This document shows positions 1 to 10,054 of a stretch of DNA of 43,274 nucleotides, in pieces (the stretch's first letter is position 1; every line of letters begins with the position of its first letter). Source of the stretch: an uncultured archaeon (GTDB taxonomy: Archaea > Aenigmatarchaeota > Aenigmatarchaeia > CG10238-14 > SCSR01); NCBI GenBank assembly GCA_964400475.1, contig CAYNTH010000005.1, positions 11,064 through 54,337 on the forward strand, in the 5' to 3' direction. Both the position numbers and the translations under genes were made by a program. The notes below the pieces were generated by a model. That model was given only the letters and a program-made list of their open reading frames with translations, had not been told where the DNA came from and made no database searches.

Positions 1-371
1 ACAATCAGCCCGTGTATGTTCTGGAATTCATCATATCCCTTTTCACCATCTACGGTCCCGTGTTTCCTTATCAGCCCGGTTTCGGACACATCGTATTTGA
101 GCCAATGCGTGCGCTCCATAACATCTTCCACATCTCCCATTTGATCAGGATCAACGAATATGTCAACATCGCAGGAAGTCCTCTTCCGCATGTAATCGCT
201 TGTCACATTTATGCTCGTGCCCAGTGCAGAGCTCCCGCCTATGAAGAAATCTATGTTGTTTTCCTTCAATATGCCCGCAATCTCATTCGAAACCTCTGTC
301 AAATAATATAACGGACACTGCCTGTTCACAACATAAACCGGACTAACGAACTCATATCTTACATCGTCCAT
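1..371 (-). CDS. Nucleotidyltransferase-fold protein (runs off the left edge of the window)
   Basis: Hand translation of the minus strand from ATG at 371 gives MDDVRYEF...FFIGGSSAL...RKRTSCDVDIFV, open to the window edge. The hGGS plus DxD arrangement is typical of Pol-beta-like NTases. Not in the ORF track. Confidence 0.6.
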   Translation of the reverse strand, partial: MDDVRYEFVSPVYVVNRQCPLYYLTEVSNEIAGILKENNIDFFIGGSSALGTSINVTSDYMRKRTSCDVDIFVDPDQMGDVEDVMERTHWLKYDVSETGLIRKHGTVDGEKGYDEFQNIHGLI

Positions 372-459
372 GCGAATCAATTAAAGATTAATGCGATAAT
401 CTTAAGTGCTTAACGGGTATTTATAAACCATTTTTAAATCACGTCGCCTAATTACAAAC

Positions 460-1239
460 ATGAAATTCGTAACAGATGTATTCTCTAGAGAGGAATCTAA
501 CGTTGTTGCAGTCGGGGTCGATTGCCCTGATTCGCTTAGGGATGTCAGTCAATTGGTGGAACCGTTCGACATAATATCCGGGAGGAACATGCTCGAGAAC
601 ATCATGATATATGATTCCGGTGATGTTGAAATCGGTGGGGTGGAAAGTAGTGTTTCCGATATTCTATCAAAGGACAAACTACCACTGATATTAGCAACTC
701 CCCACACTGTTACACTACATGCGATGAAATCGGTCGGGAAGAATGCGAAACTGGTTGTGTGGGATGCGCATGCTGATGTCAAGGACGAATACGAGGGTTC
801 TAAACACAGCCACGCGTGCTGGCTCAGGAGATTAATAGAATCGGGATTCGACCCGGATGATGTTGTTATATTGGGATTGCGCTCGGGTGATCGGGAAGAG
901 TTCGAATTTTTGAAATCAGAGGGTATCGATTTTTTTTCTTCTATAGACATTAAGAGAGGTGTTGAGTCCGTTAAGAAACGCCTGGAAAATTGGGTGTCTG
1001 GTTCCAAGTTCTATATGAGCGTTGACATGGACGTATTCGATCCTTCTATAGCCCCGGCTGTAAAATATCCTGAACCTGATGGTATATCATATAGAGAATT
1101 CTTGTCCATATTGGAATCGCTCGAAAAAGGAAAATTGATCGGTATGGATTGTGTTGAGATAATACCGATACCTAAAAATAGAATCACGGAATTCATGGCA
1201 GTGAAATCGATATTCAAAACCCTGGAGAAGTTACTGTAA
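460..1239 (+). CDS. speB: Agmatinase / arginase (ureohydrolase) family protein
   Basis: Metal-binding motifs PHTVT, WDAHAD, SHAC and SVDMDVFDP, plus P.PDG and D.VE. N-terminus is shortened. Confidence 0.75.
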   Translation: MKFVTDVFSREESNVVAVGVDCPDSLRDVSQLVEPFDIISGRNMLENIMIYDSGDVEIGGVESSVSDILSKDKLPLILATPHTVTLHAMKSVGKNAKLVVWDAHADVKDEYEGSKHSHACWLRRLIESGFDPDDVVILGLRSGDREEFEFLKSEGIDFFSSIDIKRGVESVKKRLENWVSGSKFYMSVDMDVFDPSIAPAVKYPEPDGISYREFLSILESLEKGKLIGMDCVEIIPIPKNRITEFMAVKSIFKTLEKLL

Positions 1240-4092
1240 TCTGAAGAATATCATCAATTGACTGATAATCCTCTGTATTAGCGACTGGCTCATACATTCG
1301 TTATTTACACACACGTTACTCCTACATTCGAAATTGTTCTCGCATTCATCATCCCCGCCTTTCTGTGTCACCATGTCCCCGTCGAATGAACAGTATTTGC
1401 CTTCACGTCTGATACCTATTGACAAACAATTTCCATCGTAGAGACAACCTGATTCACAATCAATGTCCCCATTTTCCACATCTTCTTCAGATACAACAGG
1501 ACATTCATAAAATTCGCAGTCATTATCTGGATTTCTGCTGACGAATGTGCCATCAGGACATTCTTTTACATCTGCAGCGCAGGCAGTTATATTTCTATCT
1601 GCAGTGTAATTTCCGTATTCAAAGTCCAGATATTGCACCGGTAGCTCACATCCGAGCCTGTTCATATGTACTCTTATCCTCCAACTGCCCGGACTGTCCA
1701 GATAAACATCAGTATTAAATGAATATGCCCACCCCAATCCACCACAGGTCACAGAACCATTGGTTATGAAGAATTCATCACCGTCCGGGGAAATCAACTG
1801 GTAGTCGCAAACGAAACCGCTTTCAGCTGATTCCGTATGGATAGTTATGTAATCGCCTTCATTAAATTTGTCTTTATCCAAATATGCATTGAATTCGCAA
1901 TTGGGTTCAATTGTTTGTTCTACACAACAACAAACATCGCAGTTATACGATGCTGATTTTGAATCAATTGTTAAACTACCGAAATCGTTGGGAAGTGATA
2001 ATGTATCACCATAATATAATACCTGTGGTGATATTGGATAATAAATAACCCTTATTTCACTATCGGCTCCTATAATACCATCGCTACAATCGTTGCCTAA
2101 AAATATTATACCCCATCTATCGGTTCCCGGGAATGCATCATTCGAATTCGATGATCGATATTCAATATCGACATCGGAATCATATCTGTGGATTGTAGAA
2201 CCGACTGGTCCAACAACCATATCCACATTGGCAACCGAGCCATCATATGAACCCAATATGGATGTTATTGTAACTTCTAAATTTAGCGAATCGAATGTCT
2301 TTGTAACGGAACTTCCAGTAGTCCATCCTGTAACTGTTTCTTCAGCTATGATATTTCCGTCGGCATCTTCTACTTTCAATTCGACGAAGGACGATACACC
2401 AATTCCTGTATATATTTTATAATCACCATATTCACAAACACTAGTTGCATTCACATGTGAACAATGTTCACCGACCAACATCAATATTGAATCTGATTCA
2501 ACAGCGACTATTTCAAAGGACTTACCCAATAAGCTAATACCGACTGGATATTGATATTGCGGCGATGACATGTCACCCTTGCTACTCTCAGATGAGAGGT
2601 TGACCTGCTTTTTGAATTTATATTTGTAATAAAAATCATCCGAATCCACAGTAATCGAATTTATAGAATCATCCGAATTACCCAATGCCACCGATTCCTC
2701 CGATATGTCAGTGGATTCCAAATCCACATCCCAATCGATTTCTAGAACGCTTGATGCCACCGAACATTCGCCCCCACTCTCCAAACATTCAGCAGAAGAT
2801 GCCATACATATACCAGGACACTCCAAATTCAAAATGGATTCCTCATCACAATCGCTAATACATGTATCAGATGTCTCGCCACAATTGCATTCTCCGTCAC
2901 CACAATGGAAACAATTGGTACAGTAAGAAGAGCCGTCAACTGAACCACAATCCCAGCTGTCGTAAGAACACTGACAGTCCGAATCGCAGTCCCCGTATCC
3001 ATCTATTTCACAATACTTGCGTTCGGAATAATCACATTTCGTACCATACAGAGAACATTGTGAAACGCTTGTGAATGAACAGGGTACAGTAGCATTAATG
3101 TTATCACATTCAGCCAAGATAGTTCCCTTTTCCGAATTATTCACTGTAATGTCCGCACTAACAACAGTACCATCGGACAGTGCCCTTATGGAATTCAAAT
3201 GCAAAACCAAATTCAATGAAGGTATGATCTTCGTATCCATGACAGTTGTTTCCCACACATCATCTCCATTGGCATCTCTGATTACAACACTCATAAAACT
3301 ATCCGTACTACCCAATATTGGGTACAAATAATATTTCAAATCAATATCACAAGATTCACCAGAACTCACAACACCATCTCCGCAGTATTCTGCTGTTATG
3401 TCGGTCGTACACTCGCAGCAGCAGTTACAATCGGATGTTGTAGAACACTCGTAATTCTTCCCCAGACTGGAACAATGTGCACTGCACTCGCTCGGACTGG
3501 ACATGCATACATTTTCACATGTTGTTTCATTGTTTTGAACAGGCGAATATATAAAAAGATAGAAACATCTTCCCCCATATATCCTTATCTTATCGGAAGA
3601 TGTTGTATAATTAAAGTATTGATTCAATTGTGGGCCGTTTTGCAGATCTACAATCTCTTTAGTCACCCATTGACCATCTTGATATTCAAATATTGTAAAA
3701 TCAGGGTATTGGCATGATGCCGAATCAGTACGTGTCCTGAATATAAGCTCCTTGCCAGGCACCACTTCATAATATTTATTATTTGCGCATCCATTCCAAT
3801 CAAACCATTTCGCATGACCTTCGCCTGTTGTAGGATATCTGTCTCCACTCCAACTATAACACACTGATACATCTGCATCATATGGGTTCAATCTTTCATA
3901 ATTTTCTAGATTAGGCTCTGATGTATAACTATTAACAATATATCCCGTTATACCCATTGGGTCAAAGACAGATATCATGCGATTGCCTATTATATTCAAT
4001 AAAGTCGATCTGCCGGATTCGGCACTAACGATGGTTGTCAGTGTCAGATAAAAAACGAGAGTTATCAGAAATATGAATCTAATTCTCTTCAT
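1231..4092 (-). CDS. Large secreted Cys-rich surface protein with S-layer-like segments
   Basis: N-terminal signal peptide; CGDG..E.C motifs; a CAADVKECPDGTFVSR...CEF..CP module; C-terminal CENNFEC.SN.C followed by an amphipathic tail; many NxS/T sequons. Confidence 0.75.
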   Translation of the reverse strand: MKRIRFIFLITLVFYLTLTTIVSAESGRSTLLNIIGNRMISVFDPMGITGYIVNSYTSEPNLENYERLNPYDADVSVCYSWSGDRYPTTGEGHAKWFDWNGCANNKYYEVVPGKELIFRTRTDSASCQYPDFTIFEYQDGQWVTKEIVDLQNGPQLNQYFNYTTSSDKIRIYGGRCFYLFIYSPVQNNETTCENVCMSSPSECSAHCSSLGKNYECSTTSDCNCCCECTTDITAEYCGDGVVSSGESCDIDLKYYLYPILGSTDSFMSVVIRDANGDDVWETTVMDTKIIPSLNLVLHLNSIRALSDGTVVSADITVNNSEKGTILAECDNINATVPCSFTSVSQCSLYGTKCDYSERKYCEIDGYGDCDSDCQCSYDSWDCGSVDGSSYCTNCFHCGDGECNCGETSDTCISDCDEESILNLECPGICMASSAECLESGGECSVASSVLEIDWDVDLESTDISEESVALGNSDDSINSITVDSDDFYYKYKFKKQVNLSSESSKGDMSSPQYQYPVGISLLGKSFEIVAVESDSILMLVGEHCSHVNATSVCEYGDYKIYTGIGVSSFVELKVEDADGNIIAEETVTGWTTGSSVTKTFDSLNLEVTITSILGSYDGSVANVDMVVGPVGSTIHRYDSDVDIEYRSSNSNDAFPGTDRWGIIFLGNDCSDGIIGADSEIRVIYYPISPQVLYYGDTLSLPNDFGSLTIDSKSASYNCDVCCCVEQTIEPNCEFNAYLDKDKFNEGDYITIHTESAESGFVCDYQLISPDGDEFFITNGSVTCGGLGWAYSFNTDVYLDSPGSWRIRVHMNRLGCELPVQYLDFEYGNYTADRNITACAADVKECPDGTFVSRNPDNDCEFYECPVVSEEDVENGDIDCESGCLYDGNCLSIGIRREGKYCSFDGDMVTQKGGDDECENNFECRSNVCVNNECMSQSLIQRIISQLMIFFRLQ

Positions 4093-4128
4093 ATATAATT
4101 ATACGATACACATCTAATAAATCTTATT

Positions 4129-5367
4129 CTAAGAGTAAAGGCCCATTAACAAATCAACGGACGGATATCTATTCCCCGCAAGCCCATGCAGCCATGCACC
4201 ACCGCTCACGAGCGCATAACCGCCTGCATCCACGATAGGCCTCAAAAGATCGTATTCCATGACCTCCTGCGACGTATCTCCCCCCAAGAAATACAATCCC
4301 TCGCCCAGTATGCGCAGGGTCAGCTCGATCCCATTGTCATACCCCTCTTCGAAAACACCCAACGGCCCGGCCCGTATCCGTATCTCCTTATCCTGCAGCT
4401 TCTCAGCATACAGTTTCACTGTCTCATCTCCTATATCCATTATGGTACCATTCGTTTTTCCCAATTCTTCGATATAGACATTGTAATCATCACCATTCTC
4501 CCTGATTATGAAATCTATGGGCGTGGATATGTCCTTCTTCGAATTGGCAACCAGATTCTCAGCTGCTGTTATATCCTTTTCACCGTATTTCATATTTATC
4601 CATCGATTGTTCTTCTCACCCAAATCGTATCCCTTTGCGGCCGCGCATACCTGCCCGGAGCCGCCACCCGTGAATATGTCGAAATCTTCGGATATCTTCG
4701 ATAAGTACTTCCATTTCGGCTTTATGCCCCCTACGATTATACCCTTTCCGTTTTCGGTGTCCATGACCTGCTGAAGCTTGTGCAGTTCGTGCGAAGAGCG
4801 CATGCCAACATACGTGTCAGCAACGTACGGTAAGCACATCATACTACTGTGATCCCTGTGCCAAGATGGTATGGCATCGTTCACGCAGGACTTTATTCCA
4901 GCGGACTTGAAAAAGCTGCTGTAATTACAATTATCCGGGTCGAAGTCGTATTCGTCCTCGAAGAACCTAACATTGTCCCATACAAGTATGTCTCCCGGTT
5001 TGAGATTGCTTATTTTTTCTTTTGCTTCCCTGGTGAAGCACCGCTCATAAGGCAAAAATTCGATATCAACATCCATTGGCATAAGCTTCTGCAATAGTCT
5101 CGTGTGCTTCCTCAGGGAGAGATTATCCAGATCCGGTTTTTCGGGCGGCGAATTCGGTCGCCCCTGGTGTGAACACAAAACTATACCAGTATAATAAGAG
5201 AGTAATTTGAGATTATTGGCAGCCACCTGCATCCTGAGATTGTTCTCAGGTATGTTGCCGTCCTCGTCCACTGGAACATTGATGTCTGTTCTGACCAATG
5301 TGGGGTTCTCGAGTTGTTCGGTCAGGTTTATCAGCTTGATGTCCCTGATGTCGTCATGATATCCCAT
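4129..5367 (-). CDS. pgk: Phosphoglycerate kinase (divergent)
   Basis: Motifs RTDINVP, SHQGRP, NVRF, NDA...HR.H.S, DIG..T, GPLGVFE, GGDT and SGGA. Start moved to the ATG at 5367 (MGYHDD). Confidence 0.85.
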   Translation of the reverse strand: MGYHDDIRDIKLINLTEQLENPTLVRTDINVPVDEDGNIPENNLRMQVAANNLKLLSYYTGIVLCSHQGRPNSPPEKPDLDNLSLRKHTRLLQKLMPMDVDIEFLPYERCFTREAKEKISNLKPGDILVWDNVRFFEDEYDFDPDNCNYSSFFKSAGIKSCVNDAIPSWHRDHSSMMCLPYVADTYVGMRSSHELHKLQQVMDTENGKGIIVGGIKPKWKYLSKISEDFDIFTGGGSGQVCAAAKGYDLGEKNNRWINMKYGEKDITAAENLVANSKKDISTPIDFIIRENGDDYNVYIEELGKTNGTIMDIGDETVKLYAEKLQDKEIRIRAGPLGVFEEGYDNGIELTLRILGEGLYFLGGDTSQEVMEYDLLRPIVDAGGYALVSGGAWLHGLAGNRYPSVDLLMGLYS

Positions 5368-5451
5368 ATGATAAAAATAATGCACAGAAACAAACAAAAA
5401 TCTTTCCAAATCAAAGCTTTAAATAATATCCGACAAATGATATTTTATCGA

Positions 5452-5537
5452 GCGGGGGTCCGATAGCCTGGCCAATTCGGCAGGACTGAGGTTCCTGTGC
5501 TTTAGTAGCTCCGAGGGTTCAAATCCCTCCTCCCGCA
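5452..5537 (+). tRNA. tRNA-Leu(GAG), no intron, CCA not encoded
   Basis: Acceptor stem GCGGGGG/CTCCCGC plus A73; anticodon arm CAGGA-CTGAGGT-TCCTG; long variable arm; T-arm GAGGG-TTCAAAT-CCCTC. Confidence 0.95.
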
Positions 5538-5685
5538 CTATCGATTGGATTTGGGATATTCATCTAAACTGTTACAAAATCGTGGAAGAGAGAATAAATG
5601 ATGGAATGTCCATATACTCCCGGTAGAAAATGAGTTCTCCAAGGGTAAAATAAATAAAAAATGACGGGGTTAACCGCCGCAAAAT

Positions 5686-6252
5686 TCATCCCATGATGCC
5701 GTTTAATCCAGTCATCATACCGGTCATACCCGTGTTCGTTAAGTAAGTTGCGAACAGAGAGTAAGATAGCAGTATCAACAACAGGGACAACCCTATCGGT
5801 ATTATCAAAGTGGCTATAACCACTTCGATTGTCTTCATCTTATGTACCAGCGACAACCCCTTTATGTTCAAGTACAGGGAATATATTGCCGAGAATATAT
5901 TCACTATCGGTACCCATCCCAGGAGTATGTGTGGGGTGGACGAATATACTGTGATCATGTAGGTCTTGTCATATTTTCCAGGATCACCCACTATTATCAA
6001 CAATACGTGGTTTATTGCTGATACAAGGAATGCGCCGAGAATACCAGAGATGAAATAACTAATGACCATCACGGGTATTGTGGAAAACGCTTTACCAAGT
6101 GAAAACGTGGTTATGCACATCAGAACAAGCGGCACCAGCAAAATTTTCGCATGGTATAGCAAAGCTTCTTTGTATCCCTTCTTTCGCCTGAGTTTCTTGA
6201 AGAATTTCTCCGGCTCGGTAATGATGGATTTCACTTTTTCAAATATATCCAT
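5686..6252 (-). CDS. Yip1-domain membrane protein
   Basis: N-terminal IITEPEKFF, about 5 TM helices, YDKT...YSSTP and GLSLVHK. Confidence 0.8.
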   Translation of the reverse strand: MDIFEKVKSIITEPEKFFKKLRRKKGYKEALLYHAKILLVPLVLMCITTFSLGKAFSTIPVMVISYFISGILGAFLVSAINHVLLIIVGDPGKYDKTYMITVYSSTPHILLGWVPIVNIFSAIYSLYLNIKGLSLVHKMKTIEVVIATLIIPIGLSLLLILLSYSLFATYLTNTGMTGMMTGLNGIMG

Positions 6253-6327
6253 AATAATGTTTTATTTTGGGTAATTAAATTCACGCATGGGAACCATTTA
6301 TAATCCAGATTCCAGAAATATTATAAT

Positions 6328-7488
6328 ATGTCGGAGATACTGTCGTTCTTCATAATATTGAGCGCCGGACTGGTCTTCTCGGAGATATTCAAGCGGCTGG
6401 ACCTGCCATATGTGAGCGCGCTCATAGTCGGCGGCATCCTGATAGGACCTTATTTTTTGAACATAATAGAAGTGGATGCCCAGATATCATTCCTGGGTTC
6501 GATCGGTGTCATATTCCTGATGTTCATGGCCGGGAGCGAGATAAAGATGGACTCGTTCAAATCAATGGGCAGGGATATATTGATACTTACCGTGTTCAAC
6601 GGCATAATACCATTCATAACAGGATTCCTCATCGGACAGGCGTTCGGATACGGTTTTCTCACGTCCATGGTGCTGAGCACAGCACTGATATCGTCCTCGA
6701 TAGCTGTCATAATACCAGCGATGGAGTCCCACAGGCTCATAGACACCAACCTTGGCAAAACCGTTATCACAGCGACTGTGTTGGAGGACATTGCAAGCTT
6801 GATACTTTTGGCGATATTACTTCAGAACATACATCAGACAACGTCGCTGCCGATCATATTACACATGCCGGCGGTCATCCTGCTCATAATCGGGATGAAA
6901 GTTGTAATACCCATGCTGGAAAAGAAGTTCCACAAGAGGAAGAGGGGGCGTGACCTGTTTGAGAGCGAGCTGAGGTTCGTATTTTCGATATTGCTGGCAA
7001 GTGTGATAATATTCGAATCAATAGGGGTGCACTCCATAGTGGCCGGATTCATAATAGGCATATTGCTAGGAGATTCTGTGACAGGAAAAGTGGAAAATAA
7101 GATAAAGACCATAAGCTACGGACTATTCATACCAACGTTCTTCATAATCATAGGGATGAACACGGACATCTCGGTTTTATTCTCAACGCAGTACATAATA
7201 CTGGCTGCAGCCGTGGTATTGGGCTCGATTGGCTCCAAGATTATGAGCGGCTACATCGCCGGAAAACTCATAAAGAAATCGAACAAGGAGAGTTTGTTGA
7301 TTGGTGTGTTGACAACACCGCAGCTGTCGACAACGCTGGCAATAGCATTCGCTGCTGTGGAATTCCAGATACTCACGCAAGAGATAATAACTTCGTTAGT
7401 GATGCTTTCTATAACGACCACGCTGATATCCCCGCTCCTGATAAAGGCGATCGTGTCCAGGAGGGACGTCAAGGTCACCAAATTGTGA
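6328..7488 (+). CDS. Cation:proton antiporter (CPA2/Kef-like, no regulatory domain)
   Basis: About 12 TM helices; GILIGP, LMFMAGSE, SSIAV, TVLEDI and FIPTFF..IG motifs. Confidence 0.85.
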   Translation: MSEILSFFIILSAGLVFSEIFKRLDLPYVSALIVGGILIGPYFLNIIEVDAQISFLGSIGVIFLMFMAGSEIKMDSFKSMGRDILILTVFNGIIPFITGFLIGQAFGYGFLTSMVLSTALISSSIAVIIPAMESHRLIDTNLGKTVITATVLEDIASLILLAILLQNIHQTTSLPIILHMPAVILLIIGMKVVIPMLEKKFHKRKRGRDLFESELRFVFSILLASVIIFESIGVHSIVAGFIIGILLGDSVTGKVENKIKTISYGLFIPTFFIIIGMNTDISVLFSTQYIILAAAVVLGSIGSKIMSGYIAGKLIKKSNKESLLIGVLTTPQLSTTLAIAFAAVEFQILTQEIITSLVMLSITTTLISPLLIKAIVSRRDVKVTKL

Positions 7489-7543
7489 GCCTCCAGCACG
7501 AAAAACGATAAATAGATTGTTTACAATCTCTAATTGTGATTCA

Positions 7544-8164
7544 ATGAATAAAGAGCTCGGTCGGGTCGAGGTGATAACCGGGAGCATGTTCTCCGGTAAG
7601 ACTGAGGAATTGATAAGGAGACTTATACGCGCTAAGATAGCCAAACAGAACGTTCTCACATTCAAGGCAAATCTGGACGACAGGTACGACAAGATGGAAA
7701 TAACATCCCACAGCGGGATGTCTTTGAGGTCCATCCCAGTACCGATAACGGTCGAAGGTGTTGAAGAGATAAAGAAACGCGTGGACGAACAACGGGAAAA
7801 CGGCAAGAAAGTGGATGTTGTTGGTATAGACGAGATACATTTTTTCGATGATTCGATCGTAGATCTATGCGACCAATTAGCAGATGATGGTGTCAGGGTC
7901 ATAGCGGCCGGGTTGGACCTGGATTTCTCGGACGAACCATTCGAACCAATGAAGAGGCTGTTAGCGAAGGCGGAGAAGGTGGACAAATTGAACGCCATCT
8001 GCATGAAATGCGGCTCCCTGGCTTCCAAGAACTATCTCAAATCCGAGAGGATCACTGATCCGAAAAAGCCCGTAATAGGGGGTTCAGAACTATACGAGGC
8101 AAGGTGCAGGAACTGCTTCAAACGCCCTGATATAGTCGATGATGTGGACAAGGATTCCGAATAA
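7544..8164 (+). CDS. tdk: Thymidine kinase
   Basis: GSMFSGKTEEL P-loop, IDEIHF, AGLDLDF, Zn sites CMKC and CRNC, IGG.E.YEARC. ATG at 7544. Confidence 0.95.
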   Translation: MNKELGRVEVITGSMFSGKTEELIRRLIRAKIAKQNVLTFKANLDDRYDKMEITSHSGMSLRSIPVPITVEGVEEIKKRVDEQRENGKKVDVVGIDEIHFFDDSIVDLCDQLADDGVRVIAAGLDLDFSDEPFEPMKRLLAKAEKVDKLNAICMKCGSLASKNYLKSERITDPKKPVIGGSELYEARCRNCFKRPDIVDDVDKDSE

Positions 8165-8173
8165 GCTTCAAAT

Positions 8174-9331
8174 TCAATAATCTACTCTTTTCATACTGTC
8201 CATGATATTTTCCAGAATACCATGCACATCAATATGCGATTCGGCTTCCGTTATTTCTTCCAAATTCCCCATTGTCCTTGGCTCCGATGGAACAGCACCG
8301 CATTCAGAGGAAATGGATATCGATTGATCGTATGTACCTATTCTCTTTGCCATCTCTATGTTCTCGCGCTTGTCGTTCCCTATCAAAGGACGGAAGACCG
8401 GCATTTCGCTCGCATTGTCCAAAACAGCTATGTTGTTGAGTGTCTGTGACGCCACCTCTCCCAATGTTTCACCTGTGACAACACCCATCGCGCCTTTTTT
8501 ATCAGCAATGGAATTTGCGGCCCTGTACATCATCCTCTTACACAGCAAACACGTGAGATTTTCAGGTATCTCTATATTATCGAGTATTGTTTTCAAAATT
8601 TGGCCGTGGTCGAAGGAATACAATGGTATCTGCCAGCCCATGGACCATTCTTGCAAGGTTTTCAATACAGCTTCCACTCTATCAATACCCATGTCTCCGC
8701 CATATGGCACAGTATCAGCGTACAATGCGATTATCTGACACCCTCTTTTCATCATTTTCCAGGCAGCCACAGGACTGTCTATACCACCTGACAACAAACA
8801 AACGACCTTTCCCGCACTACCAACAGGCAGCCCACCAGGACCGTCGATTATCTCAGTATATATGTACGTATTGTCGTTCCGGACCTCGACGAATATCTCG
8901 ACATCCGGATCATCGAGATCAACATCCCTGTCAACAACATCGCCCACAAGCTTGCCCAATTCCACGCTCGTGTACGGGTGGGAACCGGCCCTCTTGCCGC
9001 GTACAGCGAATTTCTCCCGCTCATCGACCCATTCATCATAATTGCTCTTCACGAACTCTTGTATGGTTTCTATGTCGGATGTATCCAAGTGATGGCATAT
9101 CGAGAAGGACACTATGCCGAATGTGCGCTTCAGCAACCCGCAAACAGCGTCCAAATCACATTCCCCGACCTTCAGGAACAGCCTCCCGCGGGGCATCGTT
9201 ATCGTGGAAGCTATTCCCAATCCACTGAGACCGTGTTTGATGTTGTTCTTGAGCCGTTTCTTGTAGATCCTTTTCACTGGGGGCGATTTCAGGAATATCT
9301 CACCGTACCTCAAAAGTATTATCCTCGACAT
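8174..9331 (-). CDS. thiI: tRNA 4-thiouridine(8) synthase ThiI (no rhodanese domain)
   Basis: RYGEIFLKS, THUMP domain, GGLPVG, SGGIDS PP-loop, CLLC, GETLGEVASQT and RPLIG.DK. Confidence 0.95.
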   Translation of the reverse strand: MSRIILLRYGEIFLKSPPVKRIYKKRLKNNIKHGLSGLGIASTITMPRGRLFLKVGECDLDAVCGLLKRTFGIVSFSICHHLDTSDIETIQEFVKSNYDEWVDEREKFAVRGKRAGSHPYTSVELGKLVGDVVDRDVDLDDPDVEIFVEVRNDNTYIYTEIIDGPGGLPVGSAGKVVCLLSGGIDSPVAAWKMMKRGCQIIALYADTVPYGGDMGIDRVEAVLKTLQEWSMGWQIPLYSFDHGQILKTILDNIEIPENLTCLLCKRMMYRAANSIADKKGAMGVVTGETLGEVASQTLNNIAVLDNASEMPVFRPLIGNDKRENIEMAKRIGTYDQSISISSECGAVPSEPRTMGNLEEITEAESHIDVHGILENIMDSMKRVDY

Positions 9332-9392
9332 ATCAATCCTATGACTAAATTTTTGGCTGTATTCAAATAGTTATTGTTCCGAACAGAAATAA

Positions 9393-10019
9393 TCACTTCA
9401 ATACCTTGCCGGTCTCCATGTACCATAGATACAAATCTAGTTCGGCTAGGCTAAGTCCTGTCTTGTCCGCCAACTCGGCCAATACACTTTCTATACGCAT
9501 GTACCGACTGGGTGTAAGCGTTTTCGGCCTGTCTATGATTCCGTGCCTCACCAACAGGTCGATTATGTGGAAGTCTATTATTGCCAGGTTCTTGAATCCT
9601 ATGTTGCGCAGGAAGTGGCTCGATTCCTTGTATCCGAGCCCCTTTACATTCTTTGCCAGCCAATGCCTTAAATCGGCCTCTGACTCGAATTTCTCTATAT
9701 TCTCCTTCACAGAATCTTTGTGCTCCCTTGCCTCAACGATATAACCAGCACGTGCATTCGGGAATCTGTGGCCGAATTCCCTGAGCTTCTCCACCAATTC
9801 GTCCTCCGGCAGTTCGCAGTATCCATCATCTATCTCGGACTGCATCTTGATACTGCGCTCCGCATTGAAATTGGCCGTGGTTATGCAGAAACAGAGTTCT
9901 TTGAATATTGAACTGTTGTCCATATTACCGAGTCCCTCGAATTCATTCATACGCTCTTCTATCGTTTCCGCGATCTCCGAATCCTTAAGTTCCTCTATAT
10001 CACTAACCAACTGGTCCAT
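9393..10019 (-). CDS. ogg: 8-oxoguanine DNA glycosylase/AP lyase (archaeal/Thermotoga OGG type)
   Basis: ELCFCITTAN, GHRFPNARA, KGLGYKESSHFLRNIG, AIIDFHI and DLYLWYMETGKVLK. Confidence 0.93.
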   Translation of the reverse strand: MDQLVSDIEELKDSEIAETIEERMNEFEGLGNMDNSSIFKELCFCITTANFNAERSIKMQSEIDDGYCELPEDELVEKLREFGHRFPNARAGYIVEAREHKDSVKENIEKFESEADLRHWLAKNVKGLGYKESSHFLRNIGFKNLAIIDFHIIDLLVRHGIIDRPKTLTPSRYMRIESVLAELADKTGLSLAELDLYLWYMETGKVLK

Positions 10020-10054
10020 TACACTTATTAGAGTCTCCAATCTTAAAAATATTC

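Noticed and set aside
12-311. Plus-strand 99-aa ORF in the track
   Set aside because: It is the antisense shadow of the minus-strand NTase-like frame, which has recognisable motifs.
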